64,000 nucleotides of DNA from Candidatus Eiseniibacteriota bacterium (GTDB lineage: Bacteria; Eisenbacteria; RBG-16-71-46; CAVPCR01): NCBI GenBank assembly GCA_963823555.1, contig CAWGMA010000001.1:1632001-1696000 (forward strand). Direction: 5' to 3'. Below the pieces are notes generated by a model, which saw only the letters and a program-made list of their open reading frames with translations, was not told where the DNA came from and searched no databases. This document shows positions 11,767 to 20,264 of the stretch, piece after piece. The translations under genes were made by a program, and so were the position numbers. Position 1 is the stretch's first letter. Each line of letters starts with the position of its first letter.

Positions 11767-12306
11767 ATGAGAATCCAGGCCGTTCTCGCTCTGATTTCAC
11801 TTCTACTCCTGGCGCTGGCAGTACCTGCCTCCGTCAAGGCCGAGGACGTGGTGCACCACAAGAACGGGAGCACCACGCGGGGCATGATCATCGAGGAGGT
11901 CCCGGGGGAGAGTGTCACTGTCCGGGATAGTGTCGGCAACACCCACGTGATCTTGTTCGACGACGTAGCTCGTATCGAGCGGGGCCTACGCGAGCCGGGC
12001 GGAAGAAAGTCTGGAGTCGGCGCGTTCCTGCTGTCATTCCTCGTGTTCCCGGGCACCGGCCAGTTCTACAATGGCGAGCTGGGCAAAGGTGGAGTCATGA
12101 TGGGGATGGCTGCCGGGGCGATTGCTATCGTCGCATCCACCGACATCAGAAGCATGGAGGTCACTGCCAGCTCCGTGCTCCTGGGCGATTGGATCTGGTC
12201 TGCGATTGACGCACCGATCTCCTCCAGTCGCATCAACCGCGAGCGTGGGTACAGCGACGCGCCTAGGAACGCCGTCCGGTTGGTCGTGGCGCACGTCGCA
12301 TTCTGA
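11767..12306 (+). CDS. Hypothetical exported/membrane protein (DUF5683/TM2-like motif)
   Basis: AGGAGG RBS, signal peptide, 'RKSGVGAFLLSFLVFPGTGQFYNGELGKG' motif, hydrophobic segments, C-terminal F. Confidence 0.7.
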   Translation: MRIQAVLALISLLLLALAVPASVKAEDVVHHKNGSTTRGMIIEEVPGESVTVRDSVGNTHVILFDDVARIERGLREPGGRKSGVGAFLLSFLVFPGTGQFYNGELGKGGVMMGMAAGAIAIVASTDIRSMEVTASSVLLGDWIWSAIDAPISSSRINRERGYSDAPRNAVRLVVAHVAF

Positions 12307-12419
12307 GCAAAGCGCACAGCCCAGCCTGCGCCTCCCGAAGACCCGTATCCGCCCTCTGTCTGCTCCCTAGGACCCTCTAGCTGCAGTGGTCCAGCGATTC
12401 TCCGATCGAACTCATTAAT

Positions 12420-12528
12420 CGGACTCGGTTCCGCAACGCGATCCTCTTCCATCTCGGGGACCTCGACCTATACCCACGACCCGCGGAAGTCAGCCGATGA
12501 ACTCACCCACACGATTCCCGGAAGAGCC
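12420..12528 (+). mobile_element. ISL3-family right-end remnant
   Basis: RTRFRNAILFHLGDLDLYP resembles an ISL3 transposase C-terminus. It is followed by ACCCACACGATTCCCGGAAGAGCC, a typical ISL3 terminal IR (GGCTCTTC on the reverse strand). Confidence 0.7.
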
Positions 12529-12608
12529 GAGGAAGATGGCGCCAGCCCCCGCGCCGGATCCGCACCACCAGTACGGCTCCGTCGAGCGATCACGCCATGT
12601 TCCCGCCG

Positions 12609-12971
12609 CTAGCGTCCCAATTCGCGCTTGATCGCTGCCAGCACCTTGAGCGCCGCGATCCGCCGCGCCACGCGGCCCAGCGGAATCCGGAGGACCAGCG
12701 TATCGCCATCGAGGGAGGAGGCGATCTTGAGGCCTCGGCGATCAGAATTGGCTGGGGAAAGGCGGGCCAACCTCGTGCCGCGAGGACTACCTGGCTTCTG
12801 ACCTGCTTTGGCCCTACCCTTCGCCCCGCGCACCCACTGGCCGACCGTCCACCCCGAGATGCCCGTCTCCTTCGCCACTGCCGCCTGCGTCTCGCCACTC
12901 TGAACGCGGCGGACGACCTCTGCCTTCTGCTGCGCCGTGTATCTCACACCCAATGCCTTCCGTGCTGCCAT
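12609..12971 (-). CDS. Small basic HTH protein (transposase OrfA-like HTH)
   Basis: RYTAQQKAEVVRRVQSGETQAAVAKETGISGWTVGQWVR HTH; GGAGG upstream of ATG 12971. Confidence 0.6.
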   Translation of the reverse strand: MAARKALGVRYTAQQKAEVVRRVQSGETQAAVAKETGISGWTVGQWVRGAKGRAKAGQKPGSPRGTRLARLSPANSDRRGLKIASSLDGDTLVLRIPLGRVARRIAALKVLAAIKRELGR

Positions 12972-13389
12972 CCGGACCCTCCGTTTTGTTCCGCGGCCAC
13001 CGCGCCCCTGGTCGTGAGGCGCCGCCATTCAAGCACTCCCCGGCCGCCCGTCAAGCCCCGTGCGGACGCGGCCGGCTGGGTGCATCCTGCGCAGCATGGT
13101 GGCCAGTCAGAGCCGCCCGAAGCGTCCCCTTGACATCCCTGCCGGCGGGCGCCGGCGATGCTTTCGTGCCCGATGTGCTCGTGGACTAGCTTGCCCGCTT
13201 CCAGCGACGAGGAGATGTTCGAGAAGCTCAGGGGGATCGTGTGCTAGGCCGAGTAGCGGAGGCAGGTCTTGCGGCGAGTCTCCCGTTCAAGGGGCTTCGG
13301 GCCGGGTTTATGGGCCGTGGCTCATCCCCTGGGTTCAGCCTATACCTATAATGGTGTAGAAGTGTCCCTGAATCTGCGTCACGCCAAAT

Positions 13390-13710
13390 CGGCTCGTCCT
13401 CAAGAAAAGCCATCCGAACCCATTCAATCCAATGACCTTGATCTCCTTCGAGGTACCGGAGGTGGCACGTGTCAGCGTACGCATGTCTTCGTCCAGCGGC
13501 CACATGATCCGGACATTGCTGGACGCCGAGGTTGGCCCGGGACGCTACACGGTGGATTGGGATGGCACGGACAACCATGCACAGGCGGTCGCGTCTGCGG
13601 TCTACTTCATCCAACTTCAGGCTGGAGAGCGATCGCCTTTCGCGAAGGCCGTATTGGCCAAGCAGGTTCGAAAAGCGAGGAGCGAGAAGATCAGAGGGAG
13701 GACGAGATGA
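13390..13710 (+). pseudogene. Isolated FlgD-Ig/T9SS-like C-terminal domain remnant
   Basis: SHPNPFNPMTLISFEVP...IRTLLDAEVGPGRYTVDWDGTD...VASAVYFIQLQAG; in-frame stops immediately upstream. Confidence 0.7.
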
Positions 13711-13745
13711 CCGAGAAGAAATCGCGGACTTTGCGATCTTGAGAC

Positions 13746-13770
13746 TGACCTGCCCCCAGTAATTGTACCA
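13746..13770 (+). mobile_element. Orphan IS3-family terminal inverted repeat
   Basis: TGACCTGCCCCCAGTAATTGTACCA resembles IS3-family (IS407/IS51-type) ends. Confidence 0.45.
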
Positions 13771-13815
13771 CTCGTTTCTTGTAGTCATCCTGCGAGCCGG
13801 AGCGGCGCCGGCGAT

Positions 13816-14392
13816 TGCTCTGACCCCCAATTGAGCGAGACACCCTCGAGGAGTAGGCTGAAAGGACTCCGGAGGGTGAGATGGAGAACGTTGTTCGCGG
13901 CAGCGACGGTCGGCGGCTTTTCACGGCCGAGTTCAAGCGCCGGCAAATCGATCGGGTGCTGAGGGGTGAGCTCACGGCGGCGGAGCTGAGCCGGGAACTC
14001 GGGGTCTCGCGACCTCTGATCCAGAAGTGGAAGTACCTGGCGACGAAAGCTGCGGAGGCGGCGGTGCGCTCCAATGGAGATGTCGTTCCGGTGTCGGAGT
14101 TGCGGGCGGCACAGTCGCGGATCAAGGAACTCGAGCGGGCGCTCGGCCTGGCGACGATGCAGAACGAGATTCTCCGGGCCGCGCGACGAAGTAAAGAAAG
14201 ACCGAGCTGGTACGGCGTGTCCAAGCGCAGACGCAGCGATCCCTCGCCATGATCTGTCGCACGCTCTCGATCGGACGGGCCACAGCCTATCGCAAGCCGG
14301 CTTCGCGGCCGCGGCGATACAAGATGCGAGAGGACGAAGTCGTGGTCGCCCAGCTCCGACAGGCCCTTCGGGACCGTACTTTCGTACACTAC
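13816..14392 (+). mobile_element. Truncated IS3-family element (left end, orfA 13881..14252, start of orfB)
   Basis: TG-initiated end TGCTCTGACCCCCAATTGAGCGAGACACC. OrfA RRLFTAEFKRRQI...AELSRELGVS...IKELERALG. OrfB start ICRTLSIGRATAYRK, truncated before the DDE core. Confidence 0.8.
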
Positions 14393-14520
14393 GGGCTCGG
14401 CGAGATCGTCGGGCTGAACGTCGCTGACAAGTACTTCCAACACGCTTGCCCACGCACCCGCGGTCGTCGGCGCCGCGAGCTTGCGAAGCACGGCGTGCCG
14501 GGGATCTGTTCATGCCCCTT
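14393..14520 (+). pseudogene. Tyrosine recombinase fragment, copy 2 (frameshifted)
   Basis: LGEIVGLNVADKYF...PRTRGRRRRELAK/RAGDLFMP, homologous at DNA and protein level to 11529-11650. Confidence 0.65.
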
Positions 14521-14540
14521 CCAGACCGACTGCAGGACCT

Positions 14541-16022
14541 CTATTTCACCATCACCATTCTCCCGGTCACGCTCGCTCCTGCGCTCTCCAGCCGATAGAA
14601 GTACACGCCAGACGGTTGCGGCGCACCATCCCTACAACGCCCGTCCCATACGACCTCGTACTCGCCGGCGTCGGCGAACCGGTCAAAGGGCTGAGCGACG
14701 ACACGCCCAGAGGGATCGAAGATGGTGAGCGTGGTCCGACCACGGGTTGGCAGAGCAAAAGCCAGCGTCGTTGCCAGATTGACGAGGGGATTGGGGCTGC
14801 TCTGCTTAAGAACGAGCACAGCAAGGTCCGGAACACGTGACCCGTCCCGGATGCCTGCCGTCAGAGGTTCGCCGCGCTTGTAGTAGACTTCGGGATTGCC
14901 GTCGCGGCGGTCTTCCCACACGACGTGCACGTTGCCACTGGGGTCGACTCCGATGTCGGGATGTCTGGAGACCCACGGATCGTATGTGAGCCGCTCGTCA
15001 GCTGTCCATGAGAGCCCGTCCCAGCGCTTGTAGTAGATCTCTGGATAATTGCCGTCGCGGTAATCTTCCCACACGACGTGCACGTTGCCGCTGGGGTCCG
15101 CTGCGAGCGCGGGGGAGTGAGTATGGTTGGGCTCTCCTGGAGCTGAAACGATGAGTTCGTCGGGCGTCCACGTGACCCCGTCCCAGCGCTTGTAGTACAC
15201 CTTCCAATTGACGGCGCGCTGGTCTTCCCACACGACGTGGACGTTGCCGCTGGGATCCGCTGCCACGGCGGAGTATCGGGAATCCCCCGGAGCGTTTGTG
15301 AGCCGCTCGTCAGCTGTCCATGAGAGCCCGTCCCAGCGCTTGTAGTAGATCTCTTCATTGCCGTCGCGGCCGTCGGTCCACACGGCGTGCACGTTGCCGT
15401 TGGGGTCGGCTGCGAGCGCGGGCGGGTATCCTCCGAGTGCGAGGCGCTCGCTCGCGGTCCATGACCCGGCATCCCAGCGTGCATAGTAGATTCCCCAGCC
15501 GTTGGTGACGCACCACACGAGGTGGACGTTGCCGCCGGGGTCGGCTGCTAGCGCGGGGTACACGGAGTGGTTTCCCGCGTTTGAAACGATGCGTTCATCA
15601 GGAGTCCAGGTGACCCCATCCCAGCGCTTGTAGTAGAGCGTGTACCACGAGTGAGGATCAGCGAACGACCACACGACGTGGACGTTGCCGCTGGGATCGG
15701 CCGTGAGGTCGGGAGAGCCACCCACCCTTGTTGCGAGGTGCTCGTCAAGAGTCCATGAGCCCCCATCGCAGCGCTTGTAGTAGAGTTCATCAGGAGTCAA
15801 AGAGTCGCGGCTTTCCGCCCACAGGACGTGGACGGTGCCGCTCGGGTCCGCTGCCACGGCGGGGTTGATGGACTCGTCCGAAGTGTTGGTGAGCCGCTCG
15901 GCGGCGGTCCAGATCAGCTCGGCAGTGAGCACCCCAGGAGCAGCACTCGATACCGCCAGACTGAGAAGGCTGAGCACGACGATATGAGGGCCTGGGACCA
16001 GGCGACGGCAGATGGCAACCAT
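14541..16022 (-). CDS. Secreted beta-propeller-like repeat protein with FlgD-Ig/T9SS-like C-terminal domain
   Basis: Signal peptide; seven repeats of P.LAADPSGNVHVVW...YYKRWDG..WT.DERL; C-terminal PNPL...VVWDGR...SGVYFYRL...MVMVK. Confidence 0.85.
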   Translation of the reverse strand: MVAICRRLVPGPHIVVLSLLSLAVSSAAPGVLTAELIWTAAERLTNTSDESINPAVAADPSGTVHVLWAESRDSLTPDELYYKRCDGGSWTLDEHLATRVGGSPDLTADPSGNVHVVWSFADPHSWYTLYYKRWDGVTWTPDERIVSNAGNHSVYPALAADPGGNVHLVWCVTNGWGIYYARWDAGSWTASERLALGGYPPALAADPNGNVHAVWTDGRDGNEEIYYKRWDGLSWTADERLTNAPGDSRYSAVAADPSGNVHVVWEDQRAVNWKVYYKRWDGVTWTPDELIVSAPGEPNHTHSPALAADPSGNVHVVWEDYRDGNYPEIYYKRWDGLSWTADERLTYDPWVSRHPDIGVDPSGNVHVVWEDRRDGNPEVYYKRGEPLTAGIRDGSRVPDLAVLVLKQSSPNPLVNLATTLAFALPTRGRTTLTIFDPSGRVVAQPFDRFADAGEYEVVWDGRCRDGAPQPSGVYFYRLESAGASVTGRMVMVK

Positions 16023-16366
16023 GGCTGCCCCCGTGCTTCTGCGTCGGCAAGCCGGGCCGTTGCGGCGCACGTGATTTGAGTTTCCGGCCTCGTCGCGGGC
16101 GGCCTCGATGGGGTGCGGCGCTCGGCAGGCGAGGAGCCTACTGAATTGCGGCGATCATACGCCAGTTCTCGCAGGTCGGCAACCGCCGGATGGGCTTGGC
16201 ATGCTGTTCGTTTCAGCCTCAATGGGACCAAGTCAACGCCTCAGATTGAGAGATACTTCCAAATAGGACCGAGTGCCGATTCCTGTACGTCGTCGACCCT
16301 TTGGAGCAAACGGAACCCATTTCCTAGGAGACAGCTTCTGGGTTAGGCCATTGCTCGTCCCCTGGC

Positions 16367-16772
16367 TCAGCGTATAACTGGTCGAGGGTCGGCTCGTAGA
16401 TCCGGCCCTTTCGGAAGAGGGCGAGGAGGCCGAGCGGGGGGGGACTCGTTGCCGCACTGGATGGCGCCAGGAAACGCCTCCAAGGCATCGAGGGGGCTTC
16501 GACCCATCTCCGGTTCGGATGACGCCCTTCTGGGCGCCCTGAACGCCCCCCTGGACGAACCCCTCACCTTCGAGCTCAAGCGAGAGCTAGTCGATACCCT
16601 CGTGGAAGGCATCACGGTCGACACCATCCCCGAGAACGGGAAGCGCGAACTGGTCGTCACCGTGGACTACCGCTTCGCACCCCCCCCCGCCGAGTCCCAC
16701 TCTCGATCCTCGTTTGCGACACGAACCAACAGGGGTGCGTGCACCCCGGGCTCGCCGCGGCTCTGCCGCTGA
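16367..16772 (+). pseudogene. Large serine recombinase C-terminal remnant (partly inverted)
   Basis: LDEPLTFELKRELVDTLVEGITVDT...VTVDYRF resembles LSR C-termini. 16367-16435 reads LLALFRKGRIYEPTLDQL on the minus strand (LSR coiled-coil-like). Confidence 0.6.
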
Positions 16773-18116
16773 TGCGCGGTCTCCCTTGCGCTGATCCGGG
16801 AATCGCGCGGATGTTTCCGCTGAAACATCGTAGATCGCCCGCCGGTCGTGCACCTGCCACGGCGCGCGGTGGCGCGCCCGGTAGTAGGTCGAGCGCAGCT
16901 CCTCCGGATCCCCGCCTGAGGCTGCGGCGGCCTCGATTGTCTCTATCTCCTCCTCCGCCTTCTCATCCGCTTCTTCCGCCTCCTGAAGCCACTCCCAGAA
17001 CTCCTCGTCCTCTATCGCCCCGGCTTCTCCCAGCACCCATCTCTCCCCGCGCACCGTAATGAACCGGAGCTCGCCGTCCTGGCGCTCGCAGCGCAAGAGC
17101 CCCGCGTGCACCAGCTGATGGTGGAACCGGCAGAGGTAGACGAGATTCGAGCGCACATGGCGCCCGCCCTCCCACACCGGCACGAGATGATGCAGGTCGA
17201 GCCACAGCCGGCGCCGGCAGCCCGGGACCCGGCAGCGGTGCCCATCGCGGAGCGCCACCGCGCGCCGCGTCACCTCGGGCACCGTGCGCGTGCGACGGCT
17301 CGCCGCGAGCCCCTCCTTCCCCTCCCTGACCACCCGGAGCGCACAGTCGCAGAGGAGCCGCTCGACGACCTCCCGCGGTAACGGCGCCTCCCCCGCGGCG
17401 TCATCGGTCTCGACCCAGCTCCCACCATCCTCGCCCACGTGCACCACGACCTCGTAGCGCTCCGCCGTCCGGACCTCCCCCACCTCCCCCGAGAGCGAGT
17501 CCGCCGCCAGGTACACGAGCGCCTCCGACCCGGAGAGCCCTCCCCCCGCTTCCTTCCTGATCCGCTCGAGCGCCCGCATCACCACCATCATCTCCTCCGA
17601 CGGGAGATCCACCACCATCCGGGTCGTGTGCGCGTTGACCGCCTTCGTGAGGAGCCGCCGCCGCACCGGCTCCCCCCGCGTCGCCCGCGCCGCCATCACC
17701 TCGAGCTCCTCCGCCGTGCGCTCCCGCGCCGCACGGAGCCACTCCCCCTCGGTCTCCGCCGTCGCCACCCGCGTCACCGCCCTCGCCTTGGAGTAGGAGA
17801 GCTCGCCCCGCCTGAGCGCCGCCTCGAGCGCCGGCAACGCTTCCAAGGCGAACGCCACCCGGATCCGCTCCCGGGCCGCGACCCCGGTGATGCCGCAGAC
17901 GAGCTCGAGGTAATGAGCGAGGGTCGTGCACCCGAAGTGCTCGTGGCCCTCACAGGCATCCATCTGGCGGATGAGGACCAGGAGCCGCCACGTGTTCCAG
18001 CTCGCGACCCGGGCCTGGCGGAGGAACTCCGTGTGCAGGGTCTCGGCTGTCAGATTGGTGGGAGGAAGCGTGGGCGCGACTCGATCAGACACAACCACGG
18101 GAATGGAGGTCGACAT
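16587..18116 (-). CDS. DUF222-like (13E12 repeat-type) HNH endonuclease
   Basis: GAAGGAG RBS. LPALEAALRRGELSYSKARAVTRV; VERLLCDC; RRAVALRDGHRCRVPGC...LDLHHLVPVWEGG...NLVYLCRFHHQLVH (HNH with Zn ligands). The C-terminal tail reads antisense through the recombinase remnant. Confidence 0.85.
   Translation of the reverse strand: MSTSIPVVVSDRVAPTLPPTNLTAETLHTEFLRQARVASWNTWRLLVLIRQMDACEGHEHFGCTTLAHYLELVCGITGVAARERIRVAFALEALPALEAALRRGELSYSKARAVTRVATAETEGEWLRAARERTAEELEVMAARATRGEPVRRRLLTKAVNAHTTRMVVDLPSEEMMVVMRALERIRKEAGGGLSGSEALVYLAADSLSGEVGEVRTAERYEVVVHVGEDGGSWVETDDAAGEAPLPREVVERLLCDCALRVVREGKEGLAASRRTRTVPEVTRRAVALRDGHRCRVPGCRRRLWLDLHHLVPVWEGGRHVRSNLVYLCRFHHQLVHAGLLRCERQDGELRFITVRGERWVLGEAGAIEDEEFWEWLQEAEEADEKAEEEIETIEAAAASGGDPEELRSTYYRARHRAPWQVHDRRAIYDVSAETSARFPDQRKGDRASAAEPRRARGARTPVGSCRKRGSRVGLGGGGCEAVVHGDDQFALPVLGDGVDRDAFHEGID
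16699..16739 (+). repeat. 41-bp imperfect direct repeat, copy 2
   Basis: ACTCTCGATCCTCGTTTGCGACACGAACCAACAGGGGTGCG, 37/41 identical to 9425-9465. Confidence 0.85.
16810..16829. other. parS-like palindrome inside the HNH gene
   Basis: GATGTTTC-CGCT-GAAACATC, 8-bp perfect arms. Core TGTTTCCGCTGAAACA matches parS TGTTTCACGTGAAACA at 13/16. Confidence 0.6.
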
Positions 18117-18172
18117 GGCGATACTCCTTCCGGGGGTCCTGCTGGATTGTCGCGGGGAGGGAATGCGGGATC

Positions 18173-18201
18173 AGAATACGAACGGAACCACTACCGATCA
18201 A
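18173..18201 (-). promoter_or_regulatory. Putative sigma70 promoter of the HNH gene
   Basis: Minus strand TTGATC-N17-TATTCT, about 57 nt upstream of the ATG. Confidence 0.45.
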
Positions 18202-18358
18202 GCACTTTCTGAACCCACAAGCACATTTCTGCGGGTGCATGCGCTCGTGGAGAGCACGCGCCCGCTCATCACTTCGTCAACCGCACTTCGCAAAACTGAC
18301 TTCGCGAAACTCACGCAATCACGAACAAGGCGCCCATCCCGTCCCCAGGAACACCAGA

Positions 18359-19015
18359 TCATTCATATAGAGCCTTGATGCTCCCCCAGGTCGTGGGCTC
18401 GACCGTCTCCCCATCAGCCCATCGCCGCGGTTCAGGGCGGGGCAGATCTCTCCAGTCGGCGATCTGCCAGCCTCCACCCTCGAGCGGCACGAAGATGAAG
18501 TCCGCCTGGGCGCCGCTCACCTCGAGCCCATCGTTGGGATTGAACATCAAGCGCAGGTAGACGTTCGTGGCGAGGATCTGCTTCCAGCCCTCGCGCCCCA
18601 CCTGCGGCGGCGTGAGATCCTGGGTGGGATCGAGCGTCAAGATGAGCCGGAGCGAGTACATTTCCCCCGCCTTCTGCGCCGTGAACATGGCCTCGTGCGC
18701 CGCCACCTCCGCAGCCATGCCCCAGCTCTCGGGAAGCCCGTTCTGGATGTCCGGGGTCTGGAACCGGAAGATGAACCCGGGAACCTGATCCGATCCTCGC
18801 CAGAGGAGGCTCGCATAGGCGTCTCGCCGCTCCTCGGCCGTGTGATCGCGATCGTTGTAGATGATCTCGAGGGCATCCAAAACGATATCAGGCGTAGCGT
18901 ACGAGGAGGCAGGCCACGGCGCCGGCGGATCGGGCTCCAGCGGGTCGTCGCCGCAGCCGGCTCCTAGGCCGGCCGTGGCGAGGAGAAGAACCACGCAGAA
19001 GCGACGAGCGATCAT
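18359..19015 (-). CDS. Lipoprotein paralog 3 (one repeat domain + TWG tail)
   Basis: Lipobox LGAG-C-GDDP; YLRLMFNPNDGLEV domain; ends EPTTWGSIKALYE. Confidence 0.85.
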   Translation of the reverse strand: MIARRFCVVLLLATAGLGAGCGDDPLEPDPPAPWPASSYATPDIVLDALEIIYNDRDHTAEERRDAYASLLWRGSDQVPGFIFRFQTPDIQNGLPESWGMAAEVAAHEAMFTAQKAGEMYSLRLILTLDPTQDLTPPQVGREGWKQILATNVYLRLMFNPNDGLEVSGAQADFIFVPLEGGGWQIADWRDLPRPEPRRWADGETVEPTTWGSIKALYE

Positions 19016-19054
19016 CGCTCTCCTCCATTCGGCGACTCTTCCGACTCGAGCATC

Positions 19055-20254
19055 TCAACGGAAGCTCGCCTTGATGAACCCCCAGCTGGTGGTCTCCACG
19101 GCCGGAGCAGGGCGCGGCAGATCCCACCACTCCGCGATGTACCAGCGCCCGCCGCTCGCCGGCATCATCAGGAAACGCCCCTGCGCGCCGTTCACCTCGA
19201 GGCCGTTGTTGGGATTGAACATGAGCCGCAGGTACGTGTTCGAGGCGAAGACCTCCTGCCATCCCTCGCCGCCGGGAATGGGCGGATCGGGATCGCGGGG
19301 AGGCTCGCACTGCACGATCAGGGCCAGGGAATAGACGCCGCCGTTCTCCTGCACGGTGAAGAGTCCCTCGTGGGCCGCCAGCTCGTCCGCGAATCCCCAC
19401 GATTCAGGGAGCCCCGTGCCCGGCAAGAAATGGAAGACGAAATCCGGAAAGTCGGGTGCGCCAGGAGCGAGGAGCTCGCGATAGCCAGCCACTCTCTCGG
19501 CGGCGGTATGCAGGCGGCTGTTGTAGACGACATGGATCGCCTCGATCAGCGCGAGCGGCGACTCCGGTGGGGGGATCACCGTTCCCGGCTCGGGATGGAA
19601 CAAGAGCTTCATCCGCCCCCAGCTCCAGGGATCGACAGCGACCTTCTCGTATCCGTAGCTGTCCTCCCAGTCGGCCAGGCGCCAGGTGCCGTCGCCGTGA
19701 GGAGCGAGGAGGAAACGCGCCTCGCCGTTGCTCACGGCGAGGCCGTCATCGGGAGTGAAGAGGAGCACGAGATCGACGTCGGTGGCCGTGATCTCCTTCC
19801 ATCCCTCGCGTCCCGGCTCCGGCGGGTCGAGGTCGCGCGCCGGGGCGAGCGTCATGTCGAGCCTGAGGGAATGCACCTGACCCTCGCGGATCGCGGCGAA
19901 GAGCGCGTCGTGCGCCAGCATCTCGTCGGCGAATCCCCAGGCATCGGGCGCGCCGTTTCGTATCACATCCCAGTCGGTGAAGCGGAAGACGAGGCCCGGG
20001 CTCGCTGCCGTTCGCGGGAGGAGGAGCTTCGCGAACTCCGCAGCCTTCTCCTCGGGGGTCCGCACCTGATCCTCGTAGAGGACCTCGATCGCGCGGATGA
20101 CGCTGTCGGGAGCGGTGAGCGCCGGTACCGGCGGCGGCTCGGGCCCCGGCGCCACCGGATCGTCGCCGCAGCCCGTGGCCGCCGCGACGAGCGAGAGCAG
20201 GATCAGGCTCGGGAGTCGAGTCGAGCCTCTGCCCGCGCGAATCCCCATCTTCAT
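19055..20254 (-). CDS. Lipoprotein paralog 2 (two repeat domains, each ending in a (T/S)WG motif)
   Basis: Lipobox AATG-C-GDDP; internal DPWSWGRMKLLFH; ends ETTSWGFIKASFR. Confidence 0.85.
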   Translation of the reverse strand: MKMGIRAGRGSTRLPSLILLSLVAAATGCGDDPVAPGPEPPPVPALTAPDSVIRAIEVLYEDQVRTPEEKAAEFAKLLLPRTAASPGLVFRFTDWDVIRNGAPDAWGFADEMLAHDALFAAIREGQVHSLRLDMTLAPARDLDPPEPGREGWKEITATDVDLVLLFTPDDGLAVSNGEARFLLAPHGDGTWRLADWEDSYGYEKVAVDPWSWGRMKLLFHPEPGTVIPPPESPLALIEAIHVVYNSRLHTAAERVAGYRELLAPGAPDFPDFVFHFLPGTGLPESWGFADELAAHEGLFTVQENGGVYSLALIVQCEPPRDPDPPIPGGEGWQEVFASNTYLRLMFNPNNGLEVNGAQGRFLMMPASGGRWYIAEWWDLPRPAPAVETTSWGFIKASFR

Positions 20255-20264
20255 GCCTCGCGAC

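Noticed and set aside
13130..13162. TTGACA promoter candidate
   Set aside because: No plausible -10 element at 16-18 bp spacing and no intact gene downstream.
14860..15900. Periodic DNA repeats as a CRISPR array
   Set aside because: They are in-frame protein repeats with homologous intervening sequence; no cas genes.
9411..16800. Canonical integron
   Set aside because: No intact IntI, no IntI-specific features visible in the fragments, and no RYYYAAC...GTTRRRY attC sites recognised.
16812..16827. Genuine chromosomal parS centromere site
   Set aside because: Central ACG is replaced by CGC, the copy is single, and no parAB or origin genes are nearby. Kept only as a parS-like element motif.
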